Assembly: GCA_029259775.1 (NCBI GenBank)
Contig: JAJDEN010000026.1
Location: 60,059-124,058, forward strand
DNA from: Planctomycetota bacterium
GTDB taxonomy: Bacteria > Planctomycetota > PLA2 > JAEUHO01
Length of the DNA stretch: 64,000 nt
Direction of reading: 5' to 3'
The translations under genes and the position numbers were made by a program. Every line of letters begins with the position of its first letter. The stretch's first letter is position 1. The notes under the pieces are model-generated. The model was not told the DNA's origin and did no database searches. It saw only the letters and a program-made list of their open reading frames with translations. Positions 1 to 9,106 of this stretch are shown piece after piece.

Positions 1-1064
1 CGCGCGTGCGCGTAGGCGAATCGCCCCGGGCGGCACGCGCTCGAGGCGGAAGGCACCCTTCTCGTCGGTCTCCGTCTCAGGAGCCCGTGCGAACCAGCTG
101 TCGTCCTGCCACGTGGCCCAACGGACTTCGACGTCGGCTTCGGGCTCGGGCCGTCCGTCGCTCCATGTCACCGAGCCCTCGATCGTGGCGGGCTCCAGCA
201 GCGTGAGCGTGACGTCGCCGCCGTCGGCGATGCGGATGGCCTTGCTCCATCGTCCGACCAGTCGCTCGTGGCTGGGGGCCAGGTGCAGGTCCCTGATCAT
301 GAGCGGGAAGCAGGCCAGCGAGAACGCCCCGTCGTCGCCGGTCTGGATGAGCGGCATCCGCTGCACCCATCCCGAGACCTCGCTGCCCAGGTCGCGCATG
401 GCGCCCCACATGGGCGTCTTCACGTGTACGGCGGCACCGGCGACCGGCGCCCCCGCACCGTCGACGACCCGGCCGTTCAGCCTGGCACCTGGTGCGAGGC
501 GGAGTTCGATGTGCGCTTCCGCGTCGGCTACGTCCACGGTCCCGCCGATCTCGGTGGCCTTCGCCCAGAGGGCCCGTCCCGGCGACCTGTTCGTGAACCG
601 GCTCGGGGCGAAGAGCAGGCCGTACAGGGGATGCGTGTAGTCCTTGTGGAAGGTCAGCACCATCCAGCGTCCCGCCGGCACGCGAGCGAAGCGGAACGAG
701 CCGTCCTTCGTGCTGAAGGCGACGCGCGGTTCGGATCCATCGGGCACACCCTCGTCGGGCCGCCGCAGCGCGAACAGCCGCACGCGGGCGATGCCTTCAC
801 CCGACGCCTCGTCGATCACGCGCCCGACGATCCCGCCGGTGGCCGGGGGAGCGGGCAGCTCGACCTGCGGCGCTTCCGCCTTGGCGTGGTCGCCGCGCCC
901 CTTGAGTCCGGTGGCGTCGAGCGGATCCAGCGGCGCGTTCGTGCCGGGCGTCTCGACGTCCTCGGACGCGCGCGGCGCGACGGATGGCGCGTCGCCGGAG
1001 CACAGCAGCCAACCGAGCCCCGCCGCCAAGATGATCAGCAGGGTCCACATCCAGGCTCGCGACA
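1..1064 (-). CDS. Carboxypeptidase-regulatory-like (CarbopepD_reg/transthyretin-fold) domain lipoprotein; C-terminus runs off the window start
   Basis: Reverse-complement reading from ATG (cat at 1062-1064) gives MSRAWMWTLLIILAAGLGWLLCSGD..., a signal peptide with a lipobox-like LLC, followed by GGIVGRVIDEASGEGIARVRLFAL and repeated VxDxxGxPVAGAAVHV-type beta-sandwich motifs. It is open to position 1, so it is absent from the ORF track (no stop in window). Confidence 0.6.
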
Positions 1065-1148
1065 TGGCGTCAGCGTACTCGCAAGAAGGCGGTCCTCTCC
1101 GCTACCCTGGTCGCGCGCGGCCCGAGGCCGGGTTGCGGAGGAGATCCC

Positions 1149-1676
1149 ATGCGTTCGTACACCGTCCTTGCGACCTTGATCCTCGCTCTCTCGGTACTCG
1201 GCCTCTCCGGGGTGATCCACGCACCCTCGACCCTGGCCGACGACGGCGGATCCAGATCCGGCCCCGGTGGCGCCGTGGCAGCGAAGAAGAAGCCCAAGAC
1301 GGATCCGGCGCTCTTTGCCATCGGCGCCGTCAGCGCGAGCGACGTGTGGACGGCCTACATGTTCGTGGCCGTGACCGCGGACCACTTCGTCAAGGACGGC
1401 TACACGCGCAAGCAGGTCGAGCAGTTGTTGAAGTCACGCGTCGGCTTCAATGGGAAGGCTGTCGAGGCGCTCGAGAAGGTCGCGACCCAGGTCAAGATCA
1501 CGTCCGGGGACAAGAATCACCTGCGCGGCCTGGTCGGCGCCTATCGGGCCCTTGATGCCTACAGCAAGTCCGTCCTGACCTACGCCGCCGACAAGAGCCG
1601 GGCCAACGCGCTAGCCTCGGAGGCCAAGCGCAAGGCCGCGTGGGCCAAGGTCCGGTCCGCGCTCGGCATCAAGTAG
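1149..1676 (+). CDS. Secreted hypothetical protein (signal peptide)
   Basis: GGAGGAG RBS precedes the ATG. N-terminal MRSYTVLATLILALSVLGLSGVIHA signal. GC3 is very high throughout. Confidence 0.6.
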   Translation: MRSYTVLATLILALSVLGLSGVIHAPSTLADDGGSRSGPGGAVAAKKKPKTDPALFAIGAVSASDVWTAYMFVAVTADHFVKDGYTRKQVEQLLKSRVGFNGKAVEALEKVATQVKITSGDKNHLRGLVGAYRALDAYSKSVLTYAADKSRANALASEAKRKAAWAKVRSALGIK

Positions 1677-1754
1677 CAGGGCAAAACGACAGAAGGCCGG
1701 CTCGCGCCGGCCCTCGCCCCGCGCGCCGAACCGGCGCGCGTCATCTTCCTAGCC

Positions 1755-2348
1755 TCAGCACCCGCCGCTGCGGGGGAGCGTCCGGCGCGCCGCAGTGCGC
1801 TTGACGGGCGCGCGCTGGACGGAGGCAGGCTTGATCCGCTTCGTCGCTGCGCGGCGCGTCGTCTTTTTCGGCGCCGACGTGAGCGTCGTCAGGCCGGCGG
1901 ACTCCAGGTCGTCATCGCGGAAGCTCACGGCGGGCTTGGCCCTCTGCGGCGTGCGGCGCGGCGCCGTGCGGGAGCGTGTCGGCGCCGCCCGGCGTGTCGT
2001 GTGCGTCCTCGGGGCGACGCGGCGAGCCGGGGCGCGGTACGTGCGGTTGAGGTCACGGTGGACCTTGGCGAGACGCGAGCGCATCTTGCCGAGCGTCACA
2101 GCGTGCTTCGTGAACTTGGCCATCAAGGAGGAGGCGCTGCGGATGTCACCCCGACGGATGGCCGACTGCGCGAGCTTGCGCAGCGAGTCCACGCTGCGAG
2201 CGTAGGAGGCGACGTCGGCCTCGACCGCGCGGACCTTGGCGCGGACGTCAGCCGGGATCCGGAGGCCACCGGCCTGCGCCTCGGAGGCGAAGCCGACCCA
2301 GCTCAGCGTGATGGCGAAGAAGGCGAAGAGCGGTGCGATGCGGGCCAT
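1755..2348 (-). CDS. Secreted basic (Arg/Thr-rich C-terminus) hypothetical protein
   Basis: AAGGAG RBS 6 nt upstream of the ATG on the minus strand. Signal peptide MARIAPLFAFFAITLSWVGFASEAQA. High GC3. Confidence 0.6.
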   Translation of the reverse strand: MARIAPLFAFFAITLSWVGFASEAQAGGLRIPADVRAKVRAVEADVASYARSVDSLRKLAQSAIRRGDIRSASSLMAKFTKHAVTLGKMRSRLAKVHRDLNRTYRAPARRVAPRTHTTRRAAPTRSRTAPRRTPQRAKPAVSFRDDDLESAGLTTLTSAPKKTTRRAATKRIKPASVQRAPVKRTAARRTLPRSGGC

Positions 2349-2506
2349 GATGAACTCCTTGGTGCGGGGCCGTGCGGGCGACCGTCAGGCCGCGTTCACC
2401 GGGCATGTACGGATTCGTCCCTGCGTATCGCCCACGCCACGCCAGAAACCCTGGGAGCCGCGCGAGAGCCCCGTAGGCTGCGCCCTCAGCCCCGGAGCAT
2501 CGATCC

Positions 2507-3313
2507 ATGCCGTCCTTCGACCAGACCGACATCGTCCGCTTGTTCGTGTTCAGCCATCCGAACCACGAACTCGGCATGTTCGGGCTCCTCAGCCGCCCCC
2601 AGGCGCACCTGCTGGTGTTCTCCGATGGCGGCGGACCGCAGCGGGTTGAGCAGACGAAGCGAGGCCTGGAGCGCATCGGCATGCTCGGCCGCACCACCCT
2701 CTTGCCCCACCCCGAGACGCGCTTCTACGAGGCGCTCCTGGCTCGGGAGCGGACGTTCTTCGACGACCTCATCGCCCACGTGCGCGCGACAGTGGAGCGC
2801 GTCCAACCGACCGAGATCTACTGCGACGCGGTGGAGCTCTACAACCCGGGCCACGACATGACGCTACCCGTCGTGCGCGCGGCTCTCGGACCGAATCCGA
2901 CGCAACGTCTGTTCGAGGTGCCGCTCATCCACAAGCGAGCGGACGACGAGGGCACGGGCTACCGGCTCCAGCAGACGCCACCGTCCCTAGCGAACCGCCG
3001 GCATGTCGTGGAACTCACACAAGCGGAGGTCGCCGTGAAGACGGCCGCACGCAGCGAGGTCTACTGCGACCTGCGGGCGCAGCTGGGCGACGACGTGATG
3101 GCCGCGCGCCAGGGCCAGCTCACACGCGAAGAGGTGATGGAGGCCCGCGAGCTTCCCCTCGAGCACCTGCCCTCGGATGTTGCGCTGCGCTACGAGGCGC
3201 GCGGCGCCCTGCTCAAGTCGCAGGGCGCATGCGACGAGGTCCTGACCTTGGAAGGCCACTGGCTGCCCATGGTCGAGACGCTCATCGCCGACGCCGGTGT
3301 GGCGGCGGGCTGA
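2507..3313 (+). CDS. Hypothetical protein, possibly a divergent LmbE/PIG-L-like deacetylase (weak)
   Basis: N-terminal LFVFSHPNHELGMFGLL resembles the hhhhAHPDDE-hGxGG motif of PIG-L/LmbE deacetylases, with D->N/H substitutions. It sits immediately upstream of a GT4 glycosyltransferase (stop 3313, next start 3325). High GC3. Confidence 0.5.
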   Translation: MPSFDQTDIVRLFVFSHPNHELGMFGLLSRPQAHLLVFSDGGGPQRVEQTKRGLERIGMLGRTTLLPHPETRFYEALLARERTFFDDLIAHVRATVERVQPTEIYCDAVELYNPGHDMTLPVVRAALGPNPTQRLFEVPLIHKRADDEGTGYRLQQTPPSLANRRHVVELTQAEVAVKTAARSEVYCDLRAQLGDDVMAARQGQLTREEVMEARELPLEHLPSDVALRYEARGALLKSQGACDEVLTLEGHWLPMVETLIADAGVAAG

Positions 3314-3324
3314 GGGCGCCAGCG

Positions 3325-4578
3325 ATGCCCGACGCCGTCGCTGCGACCACACGCTTGCGCATTCTCGTGATGCCCGGTGCCTACCCGGTCGCGACGCAGC
3401 CGTGGATCTCGGGTCTGGCCGAGGGACTGCTGGAAGCCGGGCACAGGGTGGAGGTCCTCGCAACACCTAGCGACGCACCAGGGTCCAAGGCCGGACCCGA
3501 GGCGCGGCGCCTGCTCCAAGGTCTGCATCGCGTCCCGACCCGGCCCGCGAACATGCTCCGCCGGCTCCTTGCCTCCTTCGCGCTCCTGCGTGCGGCACCC
3601 CAGGGCGTCCGACCGAGGATCGTCCGGACGCTCTACCCGTGGCGTGGCGGGCTGCGCGGCACGCTCCTGCGCGACATCTTCTTGGCGGGAGCCGCGCCGC
3701 ACGACGTGTTCTACGACATCATCCATGCGCACTTGGGCGTGAACGGCGTGCGTGCGAGCGTCTTGCTCGACGCTGGCCTGCTCCGCGGGCGACTCGTCGT
3801 GTCCTTCCACGGCAGCGATGCCACGCGTCCGCTCACGAGCCGGCGCGCGAAGCGCTACCGAAGACTCTTCGCGTGCGCAGCCCTGGTGACGGCCCCGTCC
3901 CGCTTCCTTGCCGACCGGCTTGAGGAGCTTGGTTGCCCGGCGCATAAGCTGATTGTGCAGCCGTCGGGTGTCGACCTCTCGCGGTTCGTGTTCCGAGCGC
4001 GACGTGAGCCCGAGGACGGCAGCGTTCGCATCCTGAGCGTCGGACGCCTCGCCGAACAGAAGGGGCACCGTATCGCCGTGGAGGCCGTGGCCGGTCTCCG
4101 TGTCCGCCGACCCAACGTGCGCTACGACATCGTCGGAGAGGGCTCGCAGCGCGAGCCGCTCGAAGCGCTGATCCGCGAGCGCGGCCTCGAGGCCCACGTT
4201 CGCCTGCTCGGCCAGCGATCCCATGCCGACGTGCACGCACGGCTCGAGGGAGCGCATGTGTTCCTGCAGCCGAGCGTGCGTGGACGTACGGGCTCGCGTG
4301 AGGCCTTGGGCGTCGCCGTCCTCGAGGCGCAGGCGTCAGGGGTCCCGGTGTTGGCGAGCGACCTCGGCGGGCTGCCCGAGGCGGTGACCCCGGAGGCGCT
4401 CGTTCCTGCCGGCGATGTGGAGGCTCTTCGCTGTCGATTGGACGCGCTGATCGGAGCACCCGACACGTGGGAGGCACGCGGGCGCGCGGGCTGCGACCTC
4501 GTCTCGAAGACATTCGATCAGCGCGCCCTCCTCGCGCGATGGCAGGAGCATTGCGTGCGACTTGCGCGCGGGTCGTAG
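3325..4578 (+). CDS. Glycosyltransferase family 4 (GT-B, group 1)
   Basis: C-terminal half carries LSVGRLAEQKGHRIAVEAV...RYDIVGEGSQREPLEALIRERGLEAHVRLLGQRSH...LQPSVRGRTGSREALGVAVLEAQASGVPVLASDLGGLPE, the GT4 EX7E region. Start at the in-frame ATG 3325, 12 nt after the upstream stop. Confidence 0.8.
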   Translation: MPDAVAATTRLRILVMPGAYPVATQPWISGLAEGLLEAGHRVEVLATPSDAPGSKAGPEARRLLQGLHRVPTRPANMLRRLLASFALLRAAPQGVRPRIVRTLYPWRGGLRGTLLRDIFLAGAAPHDVFYDIIHAHLGVNGVRASVLLDAGLLRGRLVVSFHGSDATRPLTSRRAKRYRRLFACAALVTAPSRFLADRLEELGCPAHKLIVQPSGVDLSRFVFRARREPEDGSVRILSVGRLAEQKGHRIAVEAVAGLRVRRPNVRYDIVGEGSQREPLEALIRERGLEAHVRLLGQRSHADVHARLEGAHVFLQPSVRGRTGSREALGVAVLEAQASGVPVLASDLGGLPEAVTPEALVPAGDVEALRCRLDALIGAPDTWEARGRAGCDLVSKTFDQRALLARWQEHCVRLARGS

Positions 4579-4643
4579 GCTCCGGGCGTGCCTCATCGCG
4601 GGGAAAGCCGGTGCAGCGGGGCACCCGCGCCGTTTGGATCTCC

Positions 4644-5489
4644 ATGAGGGCATGCATCGCAGGTCTGGGCGTGACGTTGGCGCTGGGCGCGGCGTTGGCG
4701 CTGGGGGCGTGCCGCGCCCGCCTCGCGGACGTCATGCCCGACCAACTCGATGCCGGCGCCGGCAGCACGTCGGCCGCACCCAAGCCCAAGGCGGCCACCT
4801 ACGGCCCGGGTGCCCAGCCCGGAGGCGCGACCAAGCCGGGCGGCTTCGTACCGCGCGGCTCCATGCGCAACTTCTACGCCGGAGCGCGTGGTCGCCTTTG
4901 GTACTACATGAACAACTACTACTGGGTGCCGCCGAAGTCGCCGCCCCGCGGCCTCTGGATCAAGGCCGATGTCATCGAGAAGTTCAGCGACCTCCGCACG
5001 TGGCCCGATGGCAAAGCCGTCACCGGACCGGCGCCGAAGACGACCGTCGAGTATTGGGAGGTCGGCAAATCCGGTCGCACGGTGTGGGTCGACAACCACA
5101 AGGACTTCCTCCTGCTGGCCGACCACTACACGGCCGGCGCCATCTCCGTCGACGTCACGCTGACGCTCGGACGTCTGATGGTGAAGAACAAGAAGGAGCA
5201 CTGGGCCTATCCCGAGGAGCCCTACATCCTCGAGGATCGCAACTACCGCAAGGACCGCGGCATTGGCGCTGCGCGCACGCGTTTCGAGCCGCTCGCCACG
5301 GAGGCGATCACGGTGTGGTCCTACACCGTGCCGTGGAACACGCACCCCCAGCGCCTCACCCGCAGCAACTGGAAGCGCATGAAGCTGCCCTCGTGGAAGC
5401 TGGTCGCGCGCACGCCGCCGCGTCCGGCGCCGGCCCGTCCCGCGACGCCGGTGACATCGGTCTCGCCAGGGCCGAGCTCCGGGCCGTAG
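4644..5489 (+). CDS. Lipoprotein, hypothetical (Trp/Tyr-rich)
   Basis: Internal ATG at 4644 gives MRACIAGLGVTLALGAALALGACRARL (lipobox LGAC). The body shows strong GC3 with AAG/GAG codons (WYYMNNYYWVPPKSPP...). Confidence 0.6.
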   Translation: MRACIAGLGVTLALGAALALGACRARLADVMPDQLDAGAGSTSAAPKPKAATYGPGAQPGGATKPGGFVPRGSMRNFYAGARGRLWYYMNNYYWVPPKSPPRGLWIKADVIEKFSDLRTWPDGKAVTGPAPKTTVEYWEVGKSGRTVWVDNHKDFLLLADHYTAGAISVDVTLTLGRLMVKNKKEHWAYPEEPYILEDRNYRKDRGIGAARTRFEPLATEAITVWSYTVPWNTHPQRLTRSNWKRMKLPSWKLVARTPPRPAPARPATPVTSVSPGPSSGP

Positions 5490-5499
5490 GATCCACGGC

Positions 5500-6270
5500 A
5501 TGAAGCACCGATCCCTCGCTTCCCTGTCCCTCGCTCTCCTGCTCGTTCTCGTGGGGTGCGGTGACGCGCCCACGAGGGACCCGGCCGTCGCGCTCTCGCC
5601 TGAAGCCGAAGGCTGGGTCGAGACGATGCTCACGTCCGAGGACAGTGACGAACGGATTGCGGCGCACAAGAAGCTGGCCGCACTCGGTGCGGTCGTCGTG
5701 CCCCGCATGATCGCGATCCTCGACGCGGACGCGGGCAACGAGGGGACCGGTGCCTGGGCGGCCGAGGTCTTGATCCTCCTCGGGCCGGCGGCCGAGCCCG
5801 CGGCCGCGGCGCTTGCGCAGCAGCTCATGGAGACGACCGTCTGCAACGCCACGACCGCGACGGCCCTTGCGGGGATCGGCAAGCCCGCGGTGCCGCACCT
5901 CATCCGAGCGCTCTCCGCCAAGATCCCCGCGGCGCGCCAGTGGGCGGCCGACGCGCTGGGGGACGTGGCGGAGCATGCCGGCGCTGCGACGCCTGCGCTG
6001 GTGGGGCTGCTCGACGACTCCAACGAGGGCGTGCGCAGTGCCGTGCTCTACGCGCTGCGCGATCTCGGACCAGCGGCGCATCCTCGCGCGACCGCTCCGC
6101 TGCTCGCCCTGCTGTCCAGCGACGACGAGGTGGTGCGCGCTGACGTCGTTGCTGCCCTGGCGGCGGCCGCGACGGACGCAGAGGTACGCAAGCGGCTCGA
6201 GGCCCTGGCGAAGGACGATCCGGATGACTACGTGCGCGAGTCGGCCCGCGAGGCGCTCCAGGGCGACTGA
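5500..6270 (+). CDS. HEAT-repeat (PBS-lyase-like) lipoprotein
   Basis: MKHRSLASLSLALLLVLVGCGD lipoprotein signal. Repeated xxVRxxAxxALGxxG HEAT-like units (SNEGVRSAVLYALRDLG, DDEVVRADVVAALA, DYVRESAREAL). Confidence 0.7.
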   Translation: MKHRSLASLSLALLLVLVGCGDAPTRDPAVALSPEAEGWVETMLTSEDSDERIAAHKKLAALGAVVVPRMIAILDADAGNEGTGAWAAEVLILLGPAAEPAAAALAQQLMETTVCNATTATALAGIGKPAVPHLIRALSAKIPAARQWAADALGDVAEHAGAATPALVGLLDDSNEGVRSAVLYALRDLGPAAHPRATAPLLALLSSDDEVVRADVVAALAAAATDAEVRKRLEALAKDDPDDYVRESAREALQGD

Positions 6271-6284
6271 GGTAGCGTGTCCTC

Positions 6285-6719
6285 ATGACAAGCGAAGACG
6301 TCGAGCGCATCCTCGCCGAGTTGACGGCCATCCAGGACGCGCCCGCGCTCGACGCGCTCTCTCTTCGGCGAGCCCGATCGCTGGTCGGCCACGCCGACAA
6401 CGACGTCCGCTGGCAGGCCCTGATTGCCGTCGGGAATTGGATCTGGACCGACCCGGAGCCCGTCTGGGAGGTCGTGCTCGAACACGGCGAGAGCGAGGAC
6501 GAGGACATGCGCACGGGTGTCGCCACGGTCCTCCTGGAGCATCTGCTGGAGCACCACTTCGACGCCTACTTCCCCCGCGTGCGCGAGCGCATCGAGGCGG
6601 GCGCGCCCCTGATGAAGGAGACGCTCGGCATGTGCGGGAGGTTCGGGCTCAGTCAGGACCGGTGGGCGGAGCTATGCCGCATGAGCGGCCAGGCGTGGAA
6701 GTTGGACTTGGGTTCGTAG
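6285..6719 (+). CDS. Hypothetical protein
   Basis: 144-aa ORF with GC3 >90%, directly downstream of the HEAT lipoprotein. No recognisable motif. Confidence 0.5.
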   Translation: MTSEDVERILAELTAIQDAPALDALSLRRARSLVGHADNDVRWQALIAVGNWIWTDPEPVWEVVLEHGESEDEDMRTGVATVLLEHLLEHHFDAYFPRVRERIEAGAPLMKETLGMCGRFGLSQDRWAELCRMSGQAWKLDLGS

Positions 6720-6830
6720 ACGCGGTCGGTGGCCCGAGTCCCGGTGGCCCGCGTCCCGGTGATCCCAACCCGGCACCGAGAGGCACAGCTGCGGTGACCG
6801 TGAACCTGGTGTGGTACGTCGGGACGAACT

Positions 6831-8288
6831 CTACTTCTTCTTGGCGGCGGCCTTGGCCTTCAGCGCGGCGACCTCGCCCTGGCGGGCGTAGTCGGCCGCG
6901 ATGCCGAGGATGCGTGCCGCCTCCTGCGGAGCGTGGAAGCCCATCGAGTTCTCGGCGGCGATGAAGTCCAAACGCCACTGTGCCTTCCGCTGGAACTCCA
7001 GCGCCGGCTTGATCGCCTCGTCCGTGGCCCCGGCCTTGCGGGCATCGATGATGGCGTCGATCAGATCCATCAGCGCCGCGCCGCCGCGCTGCAGCAACTC
7101 GTGGTTGCGGCTCTGGATGCTGTCCACGCGAGCCTTCAGCTCCTTCTCGTCGACGTGGTGGCACACCTGGCATGCCCGATTGACGTTGAGGAGCGGGCTG
7201 CGCACCCAGTGGTCGCTGATCTTCGTGGCGCCCTCACGCATGTAGGGCATGTGGCAGTCGGCGCACGAGACGCCGCTGCGCGCGTGAATGCCCTGGCTCC
7301 ACAGCTCGTACTCGGGGTGCTGCGCCTTCAGGATCGGCGCGCCCGTCTCCTTGTGCTTGTAGTCGTAGAGGCGCGTGCCGTCCTCGAAGCGAGTCGAGTC
7401 CCAGACCTTCTCCATGTCGTCGACGTTGAGCCCCTTCGCCCAGGGGAAGGTGAGCTTGAACTTGTCGGAGCAGTAGTACTCCACGTGGCACTGGCCGCAG
7501 ACGAAGCTGCGCATCTCCTGGCGCGATGAGTCCTTGTTCGGATCGTAGGGCTTCTTGCGCGAGCCCTTGCGCCAGAGCTCGATCGAGGGGATATGCGGCA
7601 CCTTGCCGTCGCCCGCGGCCAGCGCCTGGATGCCCTGGATGAAACCCGGACGTGTTACGCGCAGCATCATGGACTTGGGCTCGTGGCAATCGACGCAGGA
7701 CACGGGATGCGCATGACCCTCGTCGTGCAGCATCTTGTTGAGGTCCTGGTACGTCATCTTGTGGGTCTTCTCGAAGCCCTTCATCGCGTCGCCGTCGCCC
7801 AGCTTGCGGTAGACGGGCATCAGCGAGGCATGGCAGTGCAGGCACGAGCCGGTCTGCTGCACCTTGTGGCGAGCCGTCTCCTCCTGGTCCTGGAGCATGT
7901 AGGCGTGACCGCGGCGGTCGCGGTAGTCGATCGAGAACGCGTAACCACGGAACATCCGCTCGAGCCACGGGTCGCGCTTGATCTTCTGGGCCGGCAGGGC
8001 CTCGCTACCGCCGTGGCCGCCGAAGCGCGTTCGGGTGCTGAGGGCCGTGCGCAGGTAGGCGTCGTATTGCTTGGGCCAGTTGACACCCCATACCGCCGGA
8101 TCCGTCGTGTCTTCGGTCACCTCGTTCACACGGACGTAGGCTGTGCGCCCCTCGACCTTGCGCTCTGCGATGTTGGCGATAAGCATCGCGCCGCCGATGC
8201 CGACGGCCATCCCGAGTGCGAGGAGCAGAAGCGCCCTCCACGCGATGCCGCCACGGCTGCTGTTCGAGGGCGTCGGGTTCGAAGTCAT
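6831..8288 (-). CDS. nrfA: Cytochrome c nitrite reductase, pentaheme catalytic subunit NrfA
   Basis: Five CXXCH motifs (CLHCH, CVDCH, CGQCH, CADCH, CQVCH). Conserved NrfA blocks: YxxxxxxHxxM, [22 protein letters not shown]. The ATG at 8288 overlaps the nrfH stop by ATGA. The ORF-track 674-aa version includes a spurious N-terminal extension across nrfH. Confidence 0.85.
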   Translation of the reverse strand: MTSNPTPSNSSRGGIAWRALLLLALGMAVGIGGAMLIANIAERKVEGRTAYVRVNEVTEDTTDPAVWGVNWPKQYDAYLRTALSTRTRFGGHGGSEALPAQKIKRDPWLERMFRGYAFSIDYRDRRGHAYMLQDQEETARHKVQQTGSCLHCHASLMPVYRKLGDGDAMKGFEKTHKMTYQDLNKMLHDEGHAHPVSCVDCHEPKSMMLRVTRPGFIQGIQALAAGDGKVPHIPSIELWRKGSRKKPYDPNKDSSRQEMRSFVCGQCHVEYYCSDKFKLTFPWAKGLNVDDMEKVWDSTRFEDGTRLYDYKHKETGAPILKAQHPEYELWSQGIHARSGVSCADCHMPYMREGATKISDHWVRSPLLNVNRACQVCHHVDEKELKARVDSIQSRNHELLQRGGAALMDLIDAIIDARKAGATDEAIKPALEFQRKAQWRLDFIAAENSMGFHAPQEAARILGIAADYARQGEVAALKAKAAAKKK

Positions 8289-8788
8289 CGGGTCTCCTGG
8301 CGGAGCTCGGCGTCCCTCATGGGACCACCGAGACCGGCCGTCGCGCCGTGGCCGGCGGAACGGTGGCAATGGGTACAGCGCATCGCATCGCCATCGTGGG
8401 ACGATCCGCGCCGCGTGTCGTGCGTGAGCTCGTTGTGACAGCGGACACAGTTCTCCTGCAGGGTCTTCGCGTTGGCTTCCGTGATCCGGATCGGCTCGGC
8501 GAAGTTCTGCAGTGTGAAAGCGACCGAGTGGTTCCACCCGTTGCGCGCCTTCGAGATGTACTTCTCGGGGAAGGACAGCGGCAGGTGGCAATCGTTGCAC
8601 GTGGCCACACCGTGATGGCTGGACTTCTGCCACGCGTCGAACTGCGGCCGCATGATGTGGCAGTTGAGGCACGCCTTCGGGTCGTTGCTCAGGTACGAGG
8701 CGCCCTCGGCATAGACGAAGGTGAATCCGGCCGCCCCGACGAGCACGCCGAAGAGGAGCACCAGGAGGCAGACTGTGCGATTCCGCAT
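8285..8788 (-). CDS. nrfH: NrfH (NapC/NirT-family tetraheme membrane cytochrome c quinol dehydrogenase)
   Basis: [24 protein letters not shown] anchor. Four CXXCH motifs (CLNCH, CNDCH, CVRCH, CTHCH). ATG at 8788; an in-frame GTG at 8812 is the alternative start used by the ORF track. Confidence 0.85.
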   Translation of the reverse strand: MRNRTVCLLVLLFGVLVGAAGFTFVYAEGASYLSNDPKACLNCHIMRPQFDAWQKSSHHGVATCNDCHLPLSFPEKYISKARNGWNHSVAFTLQNFAEPIRITEANAKTLQENCVRCHNELTHDTRRGSSHDGDAMRCTHCHRSAGHGATAGLGGPMRDAELRQETR

Positions 8789-8899
8789 CGCGTGGTTCTT
8801 GCCCCCGCCCACGTCGCGCCCCTACGGCGCCACGGCCCTCTAGATAGGTCCGCAAGGGTACCGCGGTACCGAACCCGGTACTGAACCGGGTGCAGGTGC

Positions 8900-8913
8900 A
8901 TCACAATTGTGAT
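8900..8913. promoter_or_regulatory. Perfect 14-bp palindrome ATCACAATTGTGAT in the nrfHA upstream region (candidate regulator-binding site)
   Basis: Read directly at 8900-8913, ~90-115 bp upstream of the nrfH start. Neighbouring palindromes GGTACCGCGGTACC (8848-8861) and ACCCGGT-actga-ACCGGGT (8866-8884). Confidence 0.3.
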
Positions 8914-9106
8914 CGATCCGTGCCAGGTGATCTCTTGGTCGAGGCGGTTCGACGCTTCGCTGGCGCGTCCGTCCAGCGTCACCATGCACGTTGGCGGCTC
9001 GCAACAGGACTCGGTTCCCACCGCGCGTGACACCGACCGGCCCGGACGCAAGCCGGCCCGGCGGACGTGCGTCCGCCGGGCCAGAGGTGCCGTAGCTGCC
9101 CGAGTG

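Noticed and set aside
3190-4798. 355-aa and 321-aa minus-strand ORFs
   Set aside because: Antisense to the GT4 glycosyltransferase and the lipoprotein gene. The plus-strand genes have family motifs, signal peptide and coupled starts.
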